A program made the translations under genes and the position numbers. Positions 18,391 through 40,812 of a stretch of 53,372 bases of DNA are shown piece by piece. Positions within the stretch are counted from its first letter, which is position 1. Each line of letters opens with the position of its first letter. The notes below the pieces were generated by a model that was not told the DNA's origin, did no database searches, and saw only the letters and a list, made by a program, of their open reading frames with translations. The stretch comes from Macrostomum lignano (Eukaryota): assembly GCA_002269645.1 (NCBI GenBank), contig NIVC01004247.1, forward strand, positions 1 through 53,372, in the 5' to 3' direction.

Positions 18391-20155
18391 AAGTTTTCTG
18401 ATATATGCTTTAAATAGACATTTAAAATAGTTCCAAGTATTAAAATACTGCCATGTTCAAAATCTGTGGGTTTTAACAGCTAATACTAGTACTGTATATA
18501 TACAACTTAGTTGGCTCTATATGTTGTATATGAACATGGCTACTATAGTGTCCTGGCTTTAGATAGCTTTGCTAGTGACCATGATAGGCCTAGTTATTAG
18601 CAAGACAATGATCATTTATAGCCTCAAAATTTATTATATAGAAGGGTTTTAAAGTTTGAATTATATTATAGTATTTTGCTGCAATATCTAAGCTGAAAGC
18701 CTGATAGGCATAAGCCTATATAGGTTTTTATATAGGCCTACACAAGTATATATGCATGGAATGCATGAACTTGATGTATAGCAATTTGATTGATCCTGAA
18801 AGTAATATAAATAAGTTGGTATCACTAGGAGAGCGCATAAATGCTCGCAAGGAGACAGGATTTCAATACTAATCTTTGGCTTAAGCCAAAAAAGTTCTGC
18901 AATGTCAAAATGAAATGTATATAGGTACTGATTAGATAATAACAAACATCAAATGTAAGGATTGTTGGCAATTATTAGGCATTAAAGATGAAAAAAATTT
19001 TTAAAGCAAGTATAGAAGGAAATGCTCAAAAATAGAGCACTTAAAACAAAGTTTTAGGTACGCCTAGGCATTAAGTGTTTGCAATTAGAGAATTTATAGT
19101 ATGAATGAATGCATAATGTAGGAGAAATTGCACTAGTATTTTTTAAACAAAGAGAAGCAGGAACTTAGTTGCAAGGAAGTATATTGTATCTCTTATCTTG
19201 TATCTTTTATTATATATAGTTTTGAGTATTTAAAATAGGTCCTTTCAGATGAAGCAATGATATAACTTTATAGTATGAAATCTGCAGATGGATCTTCAAC
19301 TGTTCAAGTCAATCAATGCCAGATAGGATTAGGAAACTATAAATCTTGCACCTAAATAAATAAAATTTTTTAATCTTATTTGCTTGTAGTTGTATGCAAT
19401 GCAATTTGTACCTTGAAATTGGGCATAGGCCTAGGCCTAGGATGTGATTTCATACCTAGTCTTAGCTCTGGCAAAAAACCTGGCCTAATAATTTTTAGTC
19501 TTTAAGTAACTTATGACAACTATAATAGTGCATTACAATACAATATATAATAACAAACTTTCCAAAGCCAAAGGACTATTAATTAATTGATTTTCTATAA
19601 TGCTCACATTTTGGATAGGGCCTAGCTAAAAGCACCATTGATTGATCTAGGAAATACAAAATAGTTTTGAATTTTGGAAATATAAAGTCCAGTGCTATGC
19701 TAATGCCAATGAATAGATGTAAATTATATAAACAATAGCTAGGCCTAGTCTACTCTTTGAATAAAATTTGTTTTTGGCAATATGCCTATTAATAATTATA
19801 GAATTTTTTGACAATTATATCAAAACAAGTTGTAGATACAATAGGTTAGGCCTAGTATTAGTAATGCCATGGCTGCCTTGTAAAATGCTTAAGAAGACTA
19901 AGTAAAGACCTATTCTATTGTCTAAAGACAAGGTAGTGTAGGTTTAACTAGGAAGGAATGATAGAAAGATCGCGTTATAATGCCAATGGTTTGATACTCT
20001 ATAATTAGAAGCAGATGTATTTTTTAACTGTCGTAAAGATATTATTCCTTAGCTGTTATAAAAATATGCTTCAATTTATTCTAGGGTAGGTCCTACATTA
20101 TTGTGTTAACTTGGGTTTCATTTCCAAGAAATTTGACGAATTATTCCATTTCGTG

Positions 20156-20416
20156 GGGCCTTTTCATGTTGCTTGCTCTGGTTCCAGAACCAGAACCAAT
20201 TTGTGAAGTATAACTTTTTGTCTCCATAACTAGAGGGAGATACGTGCTATAAAGTTTTTATTATTGAATGACAATCGCTAAGAAGAAAGTGAAAAATTGT
20301 GCTAAGATAGGTTGTTAAGGCAGTCAAATAATAACAGAGTTTAATAGTTATACTGCTGTTTTTTCTTGGAATTCCGAACCAATTCTGGTTCTGGAATTGG
20401 TAATATGAAAAGGCCC
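20156..20416. mobile_element. Possible small MITE
   Basis: 12-bp inverted ends GGGCCTTTTCAT / ATGAAAAGGCCC plus internal GGTTCCAGAACC-type inverted matches; no clear TSD. Confidence 0.3.
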
Positions 20417-21346
20417 TGTCATATCGGATGACGAAGTGACCAGGAGCAAAGTAGCTTTGAAAAATAATATAAAACGAATTAAGTGACCAAATATTTATTT
20501 ATTTGGACAATGAGGCGGAAGGCCTTTTTGTTTCAATAGATGGAATGGCAGCGAAGAGTTTGTGCTGCTTTGCGCGTGTATTTATATATTTACAGACAAC
20601 GCCAGATTGAGGGGCCAAGCCAAGGGAGGTGCGAAACAGGTGGCGTGGCGTGATTGGCTACGCCAACCCCCTGGCTTAGCGAGCCGGCTAGCGCGGTGCG
20701 CAACCACCCCACCTCAGCTAGACAGAGGTTGGGGGGTTCCAGTGCGGCTGCACTGGTGCTGCCGGTCGCGTACAGTCTGGCCGCCACAACTTTATTTGAA
20801 ATTTTCATATCGCTTATAAACACGTTGTCTTAATGATGCCTTACCCTCTGCTAATACCCTATGACATTCGATCATTAATTTAATCGATGCAAGTTCAACA
20901 GAGATTCTACTGGACACTGGGAAATTTGGGGCAACACTATCGTTCCTTTCTATAGATTTTTTGTAGTATATTTTTACGTCCAATTAAAAAAATAAACAGT
21001 TAATGCGTTAATGATATAAGAAGCGCTTGCCAGAAGTTAGTTTTGAACTTATACATATGTAGTCGCCAGTAAGGCTTAAGAAGGGCACAAAGGAATGAAC
21101 TGTAGATAGTCAGATTAGAAAACAGGCTTCGGTTGTGACACAGATGAAGAATTGTAGAAAATTATTTTTTGTTTAAAAAGCTTATACATAGTTTCCTATA
21201 CTTGACAAATTGTGTCTATAAATAGTGAAGACTTTTTCTATTTTAGATGTCGGATACTTTATAATTTGTTTCAGTTTGCTCATCAGAATCCGCGGGTTAA
21301 ACTTCATAACTTAAATTTTTCATTCAGGACACTGCTCAACAGATGT

Positions 21347-22122
21347 TTACTGGAATGGGTCGACGCACTTGCACATAAAATTTCTGGCAGAGATTTTGCT
21401 ATTTGGGATATCGTTCAGTCCGATGGTGTGTCCCATAGCAGTTGTCCAGATGCTGACTTTAGGACCGTCATTACTTGGCTCGCCAGGAATCTTCCAGATG
21501 CTCGCGGCGAAGGTCGTTTTGCAGGCCTCCCAGATCCAGGTGCCCGTGTCGAAGTCGCCAATCCTGTAGCCACCAATAAAGTAGGGAGTGTCGTTCAGAC
21601 TAGTCAGCTTGATCCAGTGAAAGTGAAGGCCGTCTCATTTAAATCGTTGGCGTCGGCAGATTTCACGAGTCCCGGCTCTGAGTTGCACTTGGCGAGGCCG
21701 TCATTCCAGTCCGAAGCATTGAGCAGCTTGTAAACTGACGTGCCATACTTCTGCCCGTAGCTGCTGGGACATGCAGTTGTCCATCGGGCAAGCCATTGTA
21801 TTTTCTCACGTAGGCGCGCACGGTAGGGCAGGGTCCGCCGATTTTGTTGGCAAAGTTGCTGCACTTGTCGAACAAGAACAGCTGGCAGATTCGGCTCTCC
21901 GGCGCAGAAACCTGAAGCCGTGGCAGCTATCGAAATTCGAGCAACTTAGCGAACATTCGAGCTCTTTATCAGATTTAAGCTCCAGTTCGAGCAGGTGCTC
22001 CGCGGCTTCAGACAGAGGCGAATATCTCTCAAGGTGAACTTGGCCGCTTCGTAGCAACTCACCAGGTTTGTTGCTTCTAAAAGCAACAGTAGCAACAGTA
22101 GCGAATAGTTGATCAGAGTCAT
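21347..22122 (-). pseudogene. Secreted PAN/apple-like plus C-type lectin domain gene, broken by several frameshifts
   Basis: Signal peptide MTLINYSLLLLLLLLEATNLVSC; ECSLSCSNFDSCHGFRF (PAN-like); ACPSSY...WNDGLAKC...YFIGG...WIW...WKIPGEPSND...LND...FMC (CTL), spread over shifting frames. Confidence 0.6.
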
Positions 22123-22761
22123 ATCTATGGCTAGGAGACTAGGGACTAAGGCTTGTTGTGCGACTAGGAGAGCGCGGTACGGTAGCTCTGTCAATTGTAT
22201 CAGAAATATATATGTTAATTTTTTGGGATAGCCCACCGTTTCCAAGTGCAGCATGAGGGTGAAATAGGCAGTCTGGATAGGATTTGGTATGCTGGTTGCC
22301 AGCAAGCTTCCCAGCCTACATGTCCATGTGATCTTCTCGTCCAATTATCAGCTTCTCTGCAGCGTACGTCTAACGCCGTTTCCTAGGGCAACAATACATT
22401 ATGGGAATGGAAAAATTATATTCATGAGGATTGTGGATGCACTGGCGCAATGCATTGGGTGCTACTTTAATGTATCGTCCCGCTACCAGCGGTGAGAGGC
22501 AAATTTTGTCCACATTTGCTGCCTCTTGGATTCACACAGGGTGTACAGCGGGCCTTAAACTTTCCAATTGTCAGGCATGTACATGTACACTCTCGATCTG
22601 TGCCTTGGGGGTTGGCCCTCATGGCTGTAAATCGCGCGACTCTAACCAGTTAGAACCTGCCAATTTTTCGTCTAACTACAAGCAGCAAATTAATGAGGCC
22701 GTACAGTACGGAATCGACCCAGGACGACTGAAGCAACGTACCCTGCAAAAAAACGTTGAAA

Positions 22762-23510
22762 ACTTTCAAAGTCAGGACTGGTTACTTTGTACATACATGC
22801 GATACTTTCAAAGTCAGGACTGGTTACTTTGTACATACATGCGATACTTTCAAAGTCAGGACTGGTTACTTTGTACATACATGCGATACTTTCAAAGTCA
22901 GGACTGATGGTTACTTTGTACATACATGCGATACTTTCAAAGTCAGGACTGGTTACTTTGTACATACATGCGATACTTTCAAAGTCAGGACTGGTTACTT
23001 TGTACATACATGCGATACTTTCAAAGTCAGGACTGATGGTTACTTTGTACATACATGCGATACTTTCAAAGTCAGGACTGATGGTTACTTTGTACATACA
23101 TGCGATACTTTCAAAGTCAGGACTGGTTACTTTGTACATACATGCGATACTTTCAAAGTCAGGACTGATGGTTACTTTGTACATACATGCGATACTTTCA
23201 AAGTCAGGACTGGTTACTTTGTACATACATGCGATACTTTCAAAGTCAGGACTGATGGTTACTTTGTACATACATGCGATACTTTCAAAGTCAGGACTGG
23301 TTACTTTGTACATACATGCGATACTTTGAAAGTCAGGACTGGTTACTTTGTACATACATGCGATACTTTCAAAGTCAGGACTGATGGTTACTTTGTACAT
23401 ACATGCGATACTTTCAAAGTCAGGACTGGTTACTTTGTACATACATGCGATACTTTCAAAGTCAGGACTGGTTACTTTGTACATACATGCGATACTTTCA
23501 AAGTCAGGAC
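22762..23510. repeat. 42/45-bp minisatellite, about 17-18 near-identical copies
   Basis: Unit ACTTTCAAAGTCAGGACTG(ATG)GTTACTTTGTACATACATGCGAT. Confidence 0.97.
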
Positions 23511-24216
23511 AAAGGTAGGTATAAATAGCCAATTAATGATGAACAAACTCTGTTGTTGAGGCGCATGTCGGCCCGAGTAATGCGTAAATGAGTAGTAGTA
23601 TACATCGAGCTGCATGCTAAGTGGTCGCAAAAATTCTATTTGTTACTTTTAAAGCAGTATACGAGTTCTCCAAAACAGAAAAAAAGTTTCACCTGCTGAG
23701 TCTACGCTAATGGAGACTGAAAAAAATAATTAACCAAACTTATAATTGGCAGCACACATAGCGTAAGTGGATGGAGGGTAGCGCAGGCCAAATGAAAAGA
23801 AAAATAATGTAAGAAAGCTATATACTGTCTAACGGCTGTCTGCAAGCTGCCGCGGTGCTATGAAAGCTTCTCCATTCGGCAAAGATACTCGAATATAGGC
23901 GCGCACAGCTCCAAAGGCGAGTCTGTTCTCTCGAATTGTGCTCAGCAATAGCCACAGTTCTGTATAGAGATGTTAAACGAAGCCCTACTAGTTGAGGTGA
24001 AAACTCTAAAAGCAACCAATAGGAAACTGCACAGCCGCAGAAATTAAAGGTGTACGAATTCGATTGTACACAGATTTGGGGAGGGTTCTCAGACGATTAA
24101 ATTGTTGCAAAGCGACAGTGAGGCAGCTGATACACTTGCAAAGTTCTTCATCTGTCTCTCAGCCAAGCAGGCAAGATTTGGAGCGTCTAGATTTCAGTTT
24201 TTAGCCGCTGGTTGCT

Positions 24217-33333
<9,117 letters not shown>

Positions 33334-33504
33334 TGTCGATTTGGCACACGAATGATTCTTCGTCAGTAATGAGAAATTACTAATGAATGCCTGTTTTAAT
33401 TTATCACTCACAGTTTGCAGATAGAACGAAGATTAATCCTTATCTTTTTTAAACAATGACTAACGCCTCTTGTGGCTGATAACTGATTTTCAAGCATTGA
33501 GTCC

Positions 33505-34287
33505 CCTGCTCACACCCAACTCTACAATGCTATGAGCACTGCTCACACCCACCTCTACAATGCTATGAGCACTGCTCACACCCACCTCTACAATGCTATG
33601 AGCACTGCTCACACCCACCTCTACAATGCTATGAGCACTGCTCACACCCACCTCTACAATGCTATGAGCACTGCTCACACCCACCTCTACAATGCTATGA
33701 GCACTGCTCACACCCGGCCAACATAGATCGATTCTTGCTGCAGTATCGGAATGCAAAGCACGCTGCCACAGGGAAAACTCCACACCTCTACAATGCTATG
33801 AGCACTGCTCACACCCACCTCTACAATGCTATGAGCCCTTGCTCACACCCACCTCTACAATGCTATGAGCCCTTGCTCACACCCACCTCTACAATGCTAT
33901 GAGCCCTTGCTCACACCCACCTCTACATTGCTATGAGCACTGATCACACCCACCTCTACAATGCTATGAGCTCTAGCTCAACACCCACTTCTACAATGCT
34001 ATGAGCCCTTGCTCACACCCACCTCTACAATGCTATGAGCCCTTGCTCACACCCACCTCTAAATTGCTATGAGCCCTTGCTCACACCCACCTCTACAATG
34101 CTATGAGCCCTTGCTCAACACCCACCTCTAGAATGCTACGAGCACTGCAGTCACACCCACCTCTACAATGCTACGAGCACTGCAGTCACACCCACCTCTA
34201 GAATGCTACGAGCACTGCTCACACCCACCTCTAGAATGCTACGAGCACTGCAGTCACACCCACCTCTACAATGCTACGAGCACTGCT
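33505..34287. repeat. 33-bp minisatellite
   Basis: Unit CTCTACAATGCTATGAGCACTGCTCACACCCAC, interrupted by unique sequence at about 33720-33780. Confidence 0.95.
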
Positions 34288-34846
34288 CTTCCGCATGTAA
34301 CAATCTCACAAGTACAAAAGTACTTGTAAAACGAACTTGATCCACTTAGTAGTTTGGATAGATATGCCCTGTATGTGCGCCTGTCACTAGAGCACAATAA
34401 AATAATTATTTTTACACATAATTATAATTTGTATGCGTAAGCGTATCTGTAACATTAATTAATACTAATGCAGAGCTATTTTAAATAATTTTTTTCACAA
34501 GAATATTTTTTTGCAAAATAACTATTTTGTTATACTTTTTTTTAAAATTAAAAGCACAACTATGAAGACACTTCTTCATTGAACATTTAGCTATTGACAC
34601 CGCTTTAGTACAGTTATATTGTGAATAGCTATAATATAATAGAAAATGCCATAACCAGCAGATACACACGTAAAGAAAGAAAGTTTTCAAAAGAGCATTT
34701 ATCAAATTGATTTGTTCATAAACAGTTAGCATTATTATTGGTGCAAAAAATGCCGATAAAACTCTAACGCACTAAGAACATCAAGGGCTTCAGTTCAATT
34801 GAAGAAGCAATTAAAAAACATAGTTTTGCTTTGGCACCTACAAATC

Positions 34847-37800
34847 TTAAAATTTTGAACTAAAACTTCTTAGCAACAGGCAGAGAAGCAGGCCAACAGC
34901 AGCCAAGCTGTGTACAGCTAGCAGCAACCTGTTGGCATGGCGACCAATCACAGACGACTTCAATCTGTTTATTGCTGGCAGCTGCGAGGCCAGGGTTGAC
35001 AAGTCGGACTCGAAAGCCAAGCAGGCCGTCACCACCAGGAGAAAAGCGTTGGCACCCATGGTCAGGTGGCACAGCTGACTGGATGGTCGGTGGTCACCGG
35101 TGAAGGCCTGAGATGGGAGAGGGACAGTGACGTCATAGATGGAAGATGAGATATTTCGATAAGGTTCTATTGAAAGCGACTCAACAGGGGCTTTTTAGAA
35201 ACTGAGTTTTTTGTGGACATTCTTAGAAATCAGTAGACCTATGATAATTCTTAGAAATCAGTAGACCTATAATGATTCTCTAAATGAAAGTAGGATATAT
35301 TTTCCTAGAAACAGATTTACCAGAAAGCTAATCGTGTTTATTAGAACACATATTTTAAAGTTATTAATTGATTTAAAAGATCGGATTTTTGGTTAAATTT
35401 ATTAGAAAATCAGGTCAGAAACCACTCACCAAATTAGAGTAGCAGGTAACCACAAAAGCTCCAATCATCACCAGACGAACTTGCCGACACGGCAGCAGCC
35501 AACGAACAACTCCATCAACATCATCTTTCCCTCGAACGTATCTGCCGGCAAACACCAGACTAGAAGCAGCCCTCAATCCAATGTTAACGCAGTTAGCCAG
35601 CACAAAACCTGCGCAAGCTAATTCCTCTCCAACGCCAAACAGAGCCGGGCCAATTCGACGTATTGCGGTGGTGGCAGCCACCGCGGTAGCTAAGAAGGCT
35701 ACGGAATACCCGACCAGTCTGCGGTTGTGCGAGTCCACCTGAGAGTATGTGCGTATGCGGTTGCTAGCTGTTGCTCTTATCAATAGTCTATGGCCCAAAC
35801 CTAGGGTGCATTAGCGCTGTCTGTTATATTGAGCTACCGCATCGCCCACCACACTGCTAAGCCAATTAAGAGTCAATTTGAGGCGTTTTTTGTCTGCGAC
35901 TCTAAAACGACTCTGGGGCCGTAGAGTCGTATTTGAGGCGTGCTGGAGTCGCTGTAGAATCACTGAGTTGCCTCTAAAGCGCATCTGCATCAATTTATGA
36001 CAACGGTCGGTAAACTCCGGCGCGCGAGCCACATGCGGCCCGTAAAGCTTCTCTATCTGGCCTGCTCAAGGTATCTTCTCAACTCTCTTACCTCCTTTTT
36101 CCCCTCTTCTCTCCTTTCTCCTCTCTCATCTTATCTTCACCAATTTTATCTCTCCTCTCCTCTCTTGCCCTCCCTCTTTTCTCTCGTCTCACATCTGCTC
36201 TTCTCTCTCTCTGATGTATTCCCTCTCCTCTGCTGTTTCATCTGGCCCTTGAGGTAAGAAAGATTGCCGATCCCTGCTTTAGGAATAAGAAGCGCGTTTC
36301 GCAGTTACGCCCGTATAACAACTCTATTTAGTCTACTTGAGTCGTTAAAAAGTCACAAGATTCACATCATGCAGAGTTGCTAGAGTTACTAGCGACTGTT
36401 TTGAAATGACTCTTTAGCGATTCTTGTCACTTCAATGGGAAGAAGTTTTTGGGCCTTCAGCAATATAAAAATACGCTAAAGCCAAGTAACGCACCTCAAC
36501 TCGGGACATTGTAGCAAACATGAATGCCTCAGAAACGCCATTCCAAGCCAACAGCAGCACGTAGCAACTAAACAACCGAAGCAAATTCGGGCCCTCGCCT
36601 TCGCTCAAAGTGGCGCCGCTGTACAAATGAAGCAGCTGAGTGGAATAGGGCACGGAGAACAGAGCTACCGACCAGCCAATCAGGGACACTAATCTTAGCG
36701 CGCCACGCAAGTAGATCCCAGCCAGCGTGACCCGGTCCGGGTCCTGCTGCTCCGGCGATTGACCTCGACGCAGCGACTTGCCAAAGAAATGATAGGCGCC
36801 CTCTTCGACAGGCTGCAATAAAATTATTTGATGGTGTTGGCGCTGCTGATAGTCAGACAGTCACTGCCGAAAATCAAGGCGACAGGCAAGAAGACTCGCA
36901 TCTTGCATTTTTAAAGAAGCTGTCACAAATTCCCTAACAATTTCGCTTTAGATTTTGGAATCGATGAATTGTTTCAATATGTTAAATATTGAATGTGAAA
37001 ACTCAATACGCCGTCGTGACCTCTCCTCTCTCTCTCTCTTTCCTCATTAGATACGAGCGTCTCTCCCTCTCCCTCTCTTTCTCATTCTCTCCCTCTCCCC
37101 ATCTCAATCTCTCTCTCCTCTCTCCCTTGTTCTCTCTCTATCTCTCCCTCTCCCCGATCTCAATCTCTCATCTCTCAATCTCTCTCCTCTCTCCCTTGCT
37201 CTCTCTCTCTCCCTCTCTCTGATCTTAATCTCTCTCCTCTCTCCCTTGTTCTCTCTCTATCTCTCCCTCTCCCCGATCTCAATCTCTCGTCTCTCAATCT
37301 CTCTCTCCTCTCTCCTTTGTTCTCTCTCTATCTCTCCCTCTCCCCGATCTCAATCTCTCGTCTCTCAATCTCTCTCCTCTCTCCCTATCTCTCCCTCTCC
37401 CCGATCTCAATCTCTCGTTTCTCAATCTCTCGTATCTCAATCTCTCTCTCCTCTCTCCTTTGTTCTCTTTCTCTCTCCCTCTCCCCGATCTCAATCTCTC
37501 GTCTCTCCCTTCGCTCGCACACCCTGTACCAGTGGCTAACTGTATCTGTGGCCAACTTATTTTATTGTCAGGAAAATGCACGACACGGCAGATTCTTCAC
37601 TCAACGGTCAATGGCCAGCAGCTTAAACTCTCACCTGAAACAGCAGTCGTGCAGCCAAGGACCCCAAATTGGACACACTATCCAGTAGTCCTTGCTCGGC
37701 CAGACTTAACAAATTAGTAAACGTCAACACGTACTTTTCACCCTCTGTTAGCAACTGTTTCACCGCGCATTGGCCTAGAAAAGATCGCACTAACGCCGTC

Positions 37801-38597
37801 TGAGCCGGGTCCAACGGTTCCGAGTTCGAATCCAGCGAAGCCGTTTCAATCGAAGACGCCGAACCAACCGTGAGTGCCGATCTGGCAAAATGCCAAGGCA
37901 AACGGAGCAGATTAGGCGACACAAGAGGCACCCCAAGCAAGCCGGCAAGACGTCTCTCTCCGCCCTCGGCACCCGGCCGAATCATCCTTCGAGCGCCTGC
38001 CCACATCACCGCCAGCAACACGCAGCCATAGATCAGCTGACCAACAGAATAGACCCTGATTGACCAATCCGGCGAGTGGGACAATGTCACGCCTACGCCG
38101 ACAAAGACGCACCTGGCTAACTGAGCCCAGCCCTCAGCAGCTACGCGTCTACCCATCACCAAGTGAATCTGTAACAGAATCTGTAACGGCTCTGTTAACA
38201 GTTCGACCATAGCTGACCCGGCGTACAGACACACTTCCATAGTTGGCAGAGACAAAGACCACAGCGGGATCAAGACTACAGACCAGGCTAAACCGAACCA
38301 AGGTGCCAGCCAGAGTAAATCTATCAACGAGCGCAATTGACTTTGAGTACTTGGAGCGCTGACGCAGGCCTTGCGAAACGGTTCCCTGGCAAAGAATGTC
38401 ACAGTGGAATACAGCAATGTCAGCTGAGCCGCCTGGCCCAGTACCGACTTGGTCACGTGACGCAATACCCATGCATTCAAAATGAAGGTTGACAATCGGA
38501 ATAAGGCATTCAGCGCGGCATTAAACACGGTGTGCTGCAGGGCTGAACTGAACAAGTTGCTGGTAGGGGAGGAGGCTGCAAACTCGGCTGGCTTCAT
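34847..38597 (-). CDS. RFT1: RFT1 (Man5GlcNAc2-PP-dolichol translocation protein), 616 aa, exons 37635-38597, 36495-36812, 35430-35738, 34847-35107
   Basis: LFRLSTFILNAWVLR...LTLLYST..F.AREPFRKAC, KQLLTEGEKYV, NLGSLAARLLFQPVEE, LLLAWNGVSEAF, GFVLANCVNIGLR; all introns GT-AG, phase 0. Confidence 0.93.
37020..37510. repeat. Pyrimidine-rich (CT) low-complexity repeat in RFT1 intron 1
   Basis: Direct reading. Confidence 0.9.
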
Positions 38598-38747
38598 CTT
38601 GCGCTTGCTTGGTGCAACTGTATTTAGTTACAGTAATAATAGCAGTGCTTTTGACAATTGAACTGTTCTCAATTGCATCATGAAATAGATTAATGAGTTC
38701 ATTGTCTTTCAATTACAATGCTTTTTTGGCCGACAAGCTTGAGGATC

Positions 38748-39372
38748 GTAGAGGCTGGCCCAGCGACTGGATATCTGGGAGGCTGACCCAGCAACTGAGG
38801 ATCTGGGAGGCTGGCCTAGCGACTGGGGATCTGGGAGGCTGACCCAGCAACTGAGGATCTGGGAGGCTGGCCCAGCGACTGGATATCTGGGAGGCTGACC
38901 CAGCAACTGAGGATCTGGGAGGCTGGCCTAGCGACTGGGGATCTGGGAGGCTGACCCAGCAACTGAGGATCTGGGAGGCTGACCCAGCAACTGAGGATCT
39001 GGGAGGCTGGCCCAGCAACTGAGGATCTGGGAGGCTGACCCAGCAACTGACACTCTGGGATGCTGGCCCAGCGACTGAGGATCTGGGAGGCTGGCCCAGC
39101 AACTGACACTCTAGGAGGCTGGCCCAGCGACTTGAGGATCTGGGAGGCTGACCCAGCAACTGAGGATCTGGAAGGCTGGCCCAGCGACTGGATATTTGGG
39201 AGGCTGACCCAGCAACTGAGGATCTGGGAGGCTGGCCCAGCAACTGAGGATCTGGGAGGCTGGCTCAGCAACTGAGGATCTGGGAGGCTGGCCCAGCAAC
39301 TGAGGATCTGGGAGGCTGGCTCAGCAACTGACCCTCTGGGAGGCTGGCCCAGCAACTAAGGATTTGGGAAGC
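38748..39372. repeat. ~28-31-bp minisatellite (GAGGATCTGGGAGGCTGGCCCAGCAACT), block 1
   Basis: Direct reading; lies between the GCHFR 3' end and the RFT1 start. Confidence 0.95.
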
Positions 39373-39836
39373 TGACTGACCTTCAGTAAAACTGATCAAC
39401 TAAACTATTGATAGGTTAATTATTTGATAGAGTAATCCAAAAAACTGACACTGATGCATATCTATTATCTATTAATATATATTCTTATCAAAGACACATG
39501 TGAAGTTACACTGAGGAAGGAAACACATCAATGATAACAGAGAATGTAATGAAAACTGTAAGCACCAAAAGAACTAGGTAAAAATGTATAATATCAATAA
39601 CTAATTTAAAAGAATAAATAGAGCCAATCTGCCACCAAATTATTATAAAAATCATGGAAAAAATCTAGGAAGTTACTTCATTGTCCAATACTGAGATTCT
39701 TACAAGATCTATAAAAAATGACTAGCGGATTCTACAACACACCAAAGCCAGAGAAATGAATAAATAAATTTGACTTTTGTTAGCAGTCTAAATTTAAGCA
39801 ATTCGCCAAACAAACAATTCAGTTATACTGCATCAA

Positions 39837-40812
39837 TTAGGTAGATGAAGATGCGACTCGACTTTCAATGATGGATTTCAACGCTTGTCCATCATTCTCG
39901 GTGTGCAGCGTCCAGATGCAGGTCTGGCCGACTCCGGTCATGGCCGACACCCGGTAGCCCAGCAGGTGCAGACGGTCCAGCACTTGGCGGGGGCACATCA
40001 GGGTTGTCCATTGGTAGCTGCGGTGGTGTATGGGGGCTTTGGTTAAGGCTTTTAGAATTCCTCAGCAACTGAGGATTAGTACCTGCAGTTGAGGATCTGG
40101 GATCTGTAGATATGAGGATCTGGGAGGCTGGCCCAGCAACTGACACTCTGGGAGGCTGGCCAAGCAACTGGGGATCTGGGAGGCTGGCACAGCAACTGGG
40201 GATCTGGGAGGCTGGCACAGCAACTGGGGATCTGGGAGGCTGGCACAGCAACTGGGGATCTGGGAGGCTGGCACAGCAACTGACACTCTGGGAGGCTGGC
40301 CCAGCAACTGGGGATCTGGGAGGCTGGCACAGCAACTGGGGATCTGAGAGGCTGGTCCAGCGACTGGGGATCTGGGAGGCTGTCCCAGCAACCGACACTC
40401 TGGAAGGCTGGCCGAGCAACTGACACTCTGGGAGGCTGGCCCAGAAACTGGGGATGTGGGAGGCTGGCACAGCAACTGGGGATCTGGGAGGCTGGCACAG
40501 CAACTGGGGATCTGGGAGTTAGGTTTTAATTAAGGATTAATGCCTGCACTGCCCAAGACAAAACAATAAAATGGCTCACAAGTTATTGCCATCCTTCTTC
40601 TCCTTTTTGGCTCCCAAGTACTGCATGAGCACAGGGTCGCTCCACTCGTCCCCAACAAGAGTGGGTCCGCTTTCCTAACAAAGTGAACGCAAATTTTTCA
40701 TATACGAATCAATCTCTGTATCAAATTCTCAACAGCATTAAAATACTTCAATCATGGCAAACTATTAAGAACTTACCAGACGAACTTGACAGCTAATTAA
40801 CAGGTAGGACAT
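39837..40812 (-). CDS. GCHFR: GTP cyclohydrolase I feedback regulatory protein, 103 aa, exons 40777-40812, 40580-40674, 39837-40017
   Basis: Spliced product MSYLLISCQVRL-ESGPTLVGDEWSDPVLMQYLGAKKEKKDGNNF-YQWTTLMCPRQVLDRLHLLGYRVSAMTGVGQTCIWTLH matches GFRP (MPYLLISTQIRMEVGPTMVGDE.SDPELMQHLGA...SMTGVGQTLVWCLH). Missed by the ORF track. Confidence 0.95.
40085..40518. repeat. Same ~28-31-bp minisatellite, block 2 (GCHFR intron 2)
   Basis: Same unit as 38748-39372. Confidence 0.95.

Noticed and set aside
17158-18391. Leu/Ser/Phe-rich membrane-like ORFs
   Set aside because: Artefacts of the GA-rich tract; the same applies to 36989-37688.
21212-21733. 173-aa plus-strand ORF
   Set aside because: Antisense to the C-type lectin reading, which carries the recognisable motifs.
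22762-23510. CRISPR-like appearance of the regular 42/45-bp array (also 3640-4330 and 33505-34287)
   Set aside because: Units are contiguous repeats with no unique spacers, there are no cas genes and the context is eukaryotic.
38709-40503. GQPPRSSVAG repeat ORFs
   Set aside because: Minisatellite translations; the real coding sequence here is GCHFR in another frame.
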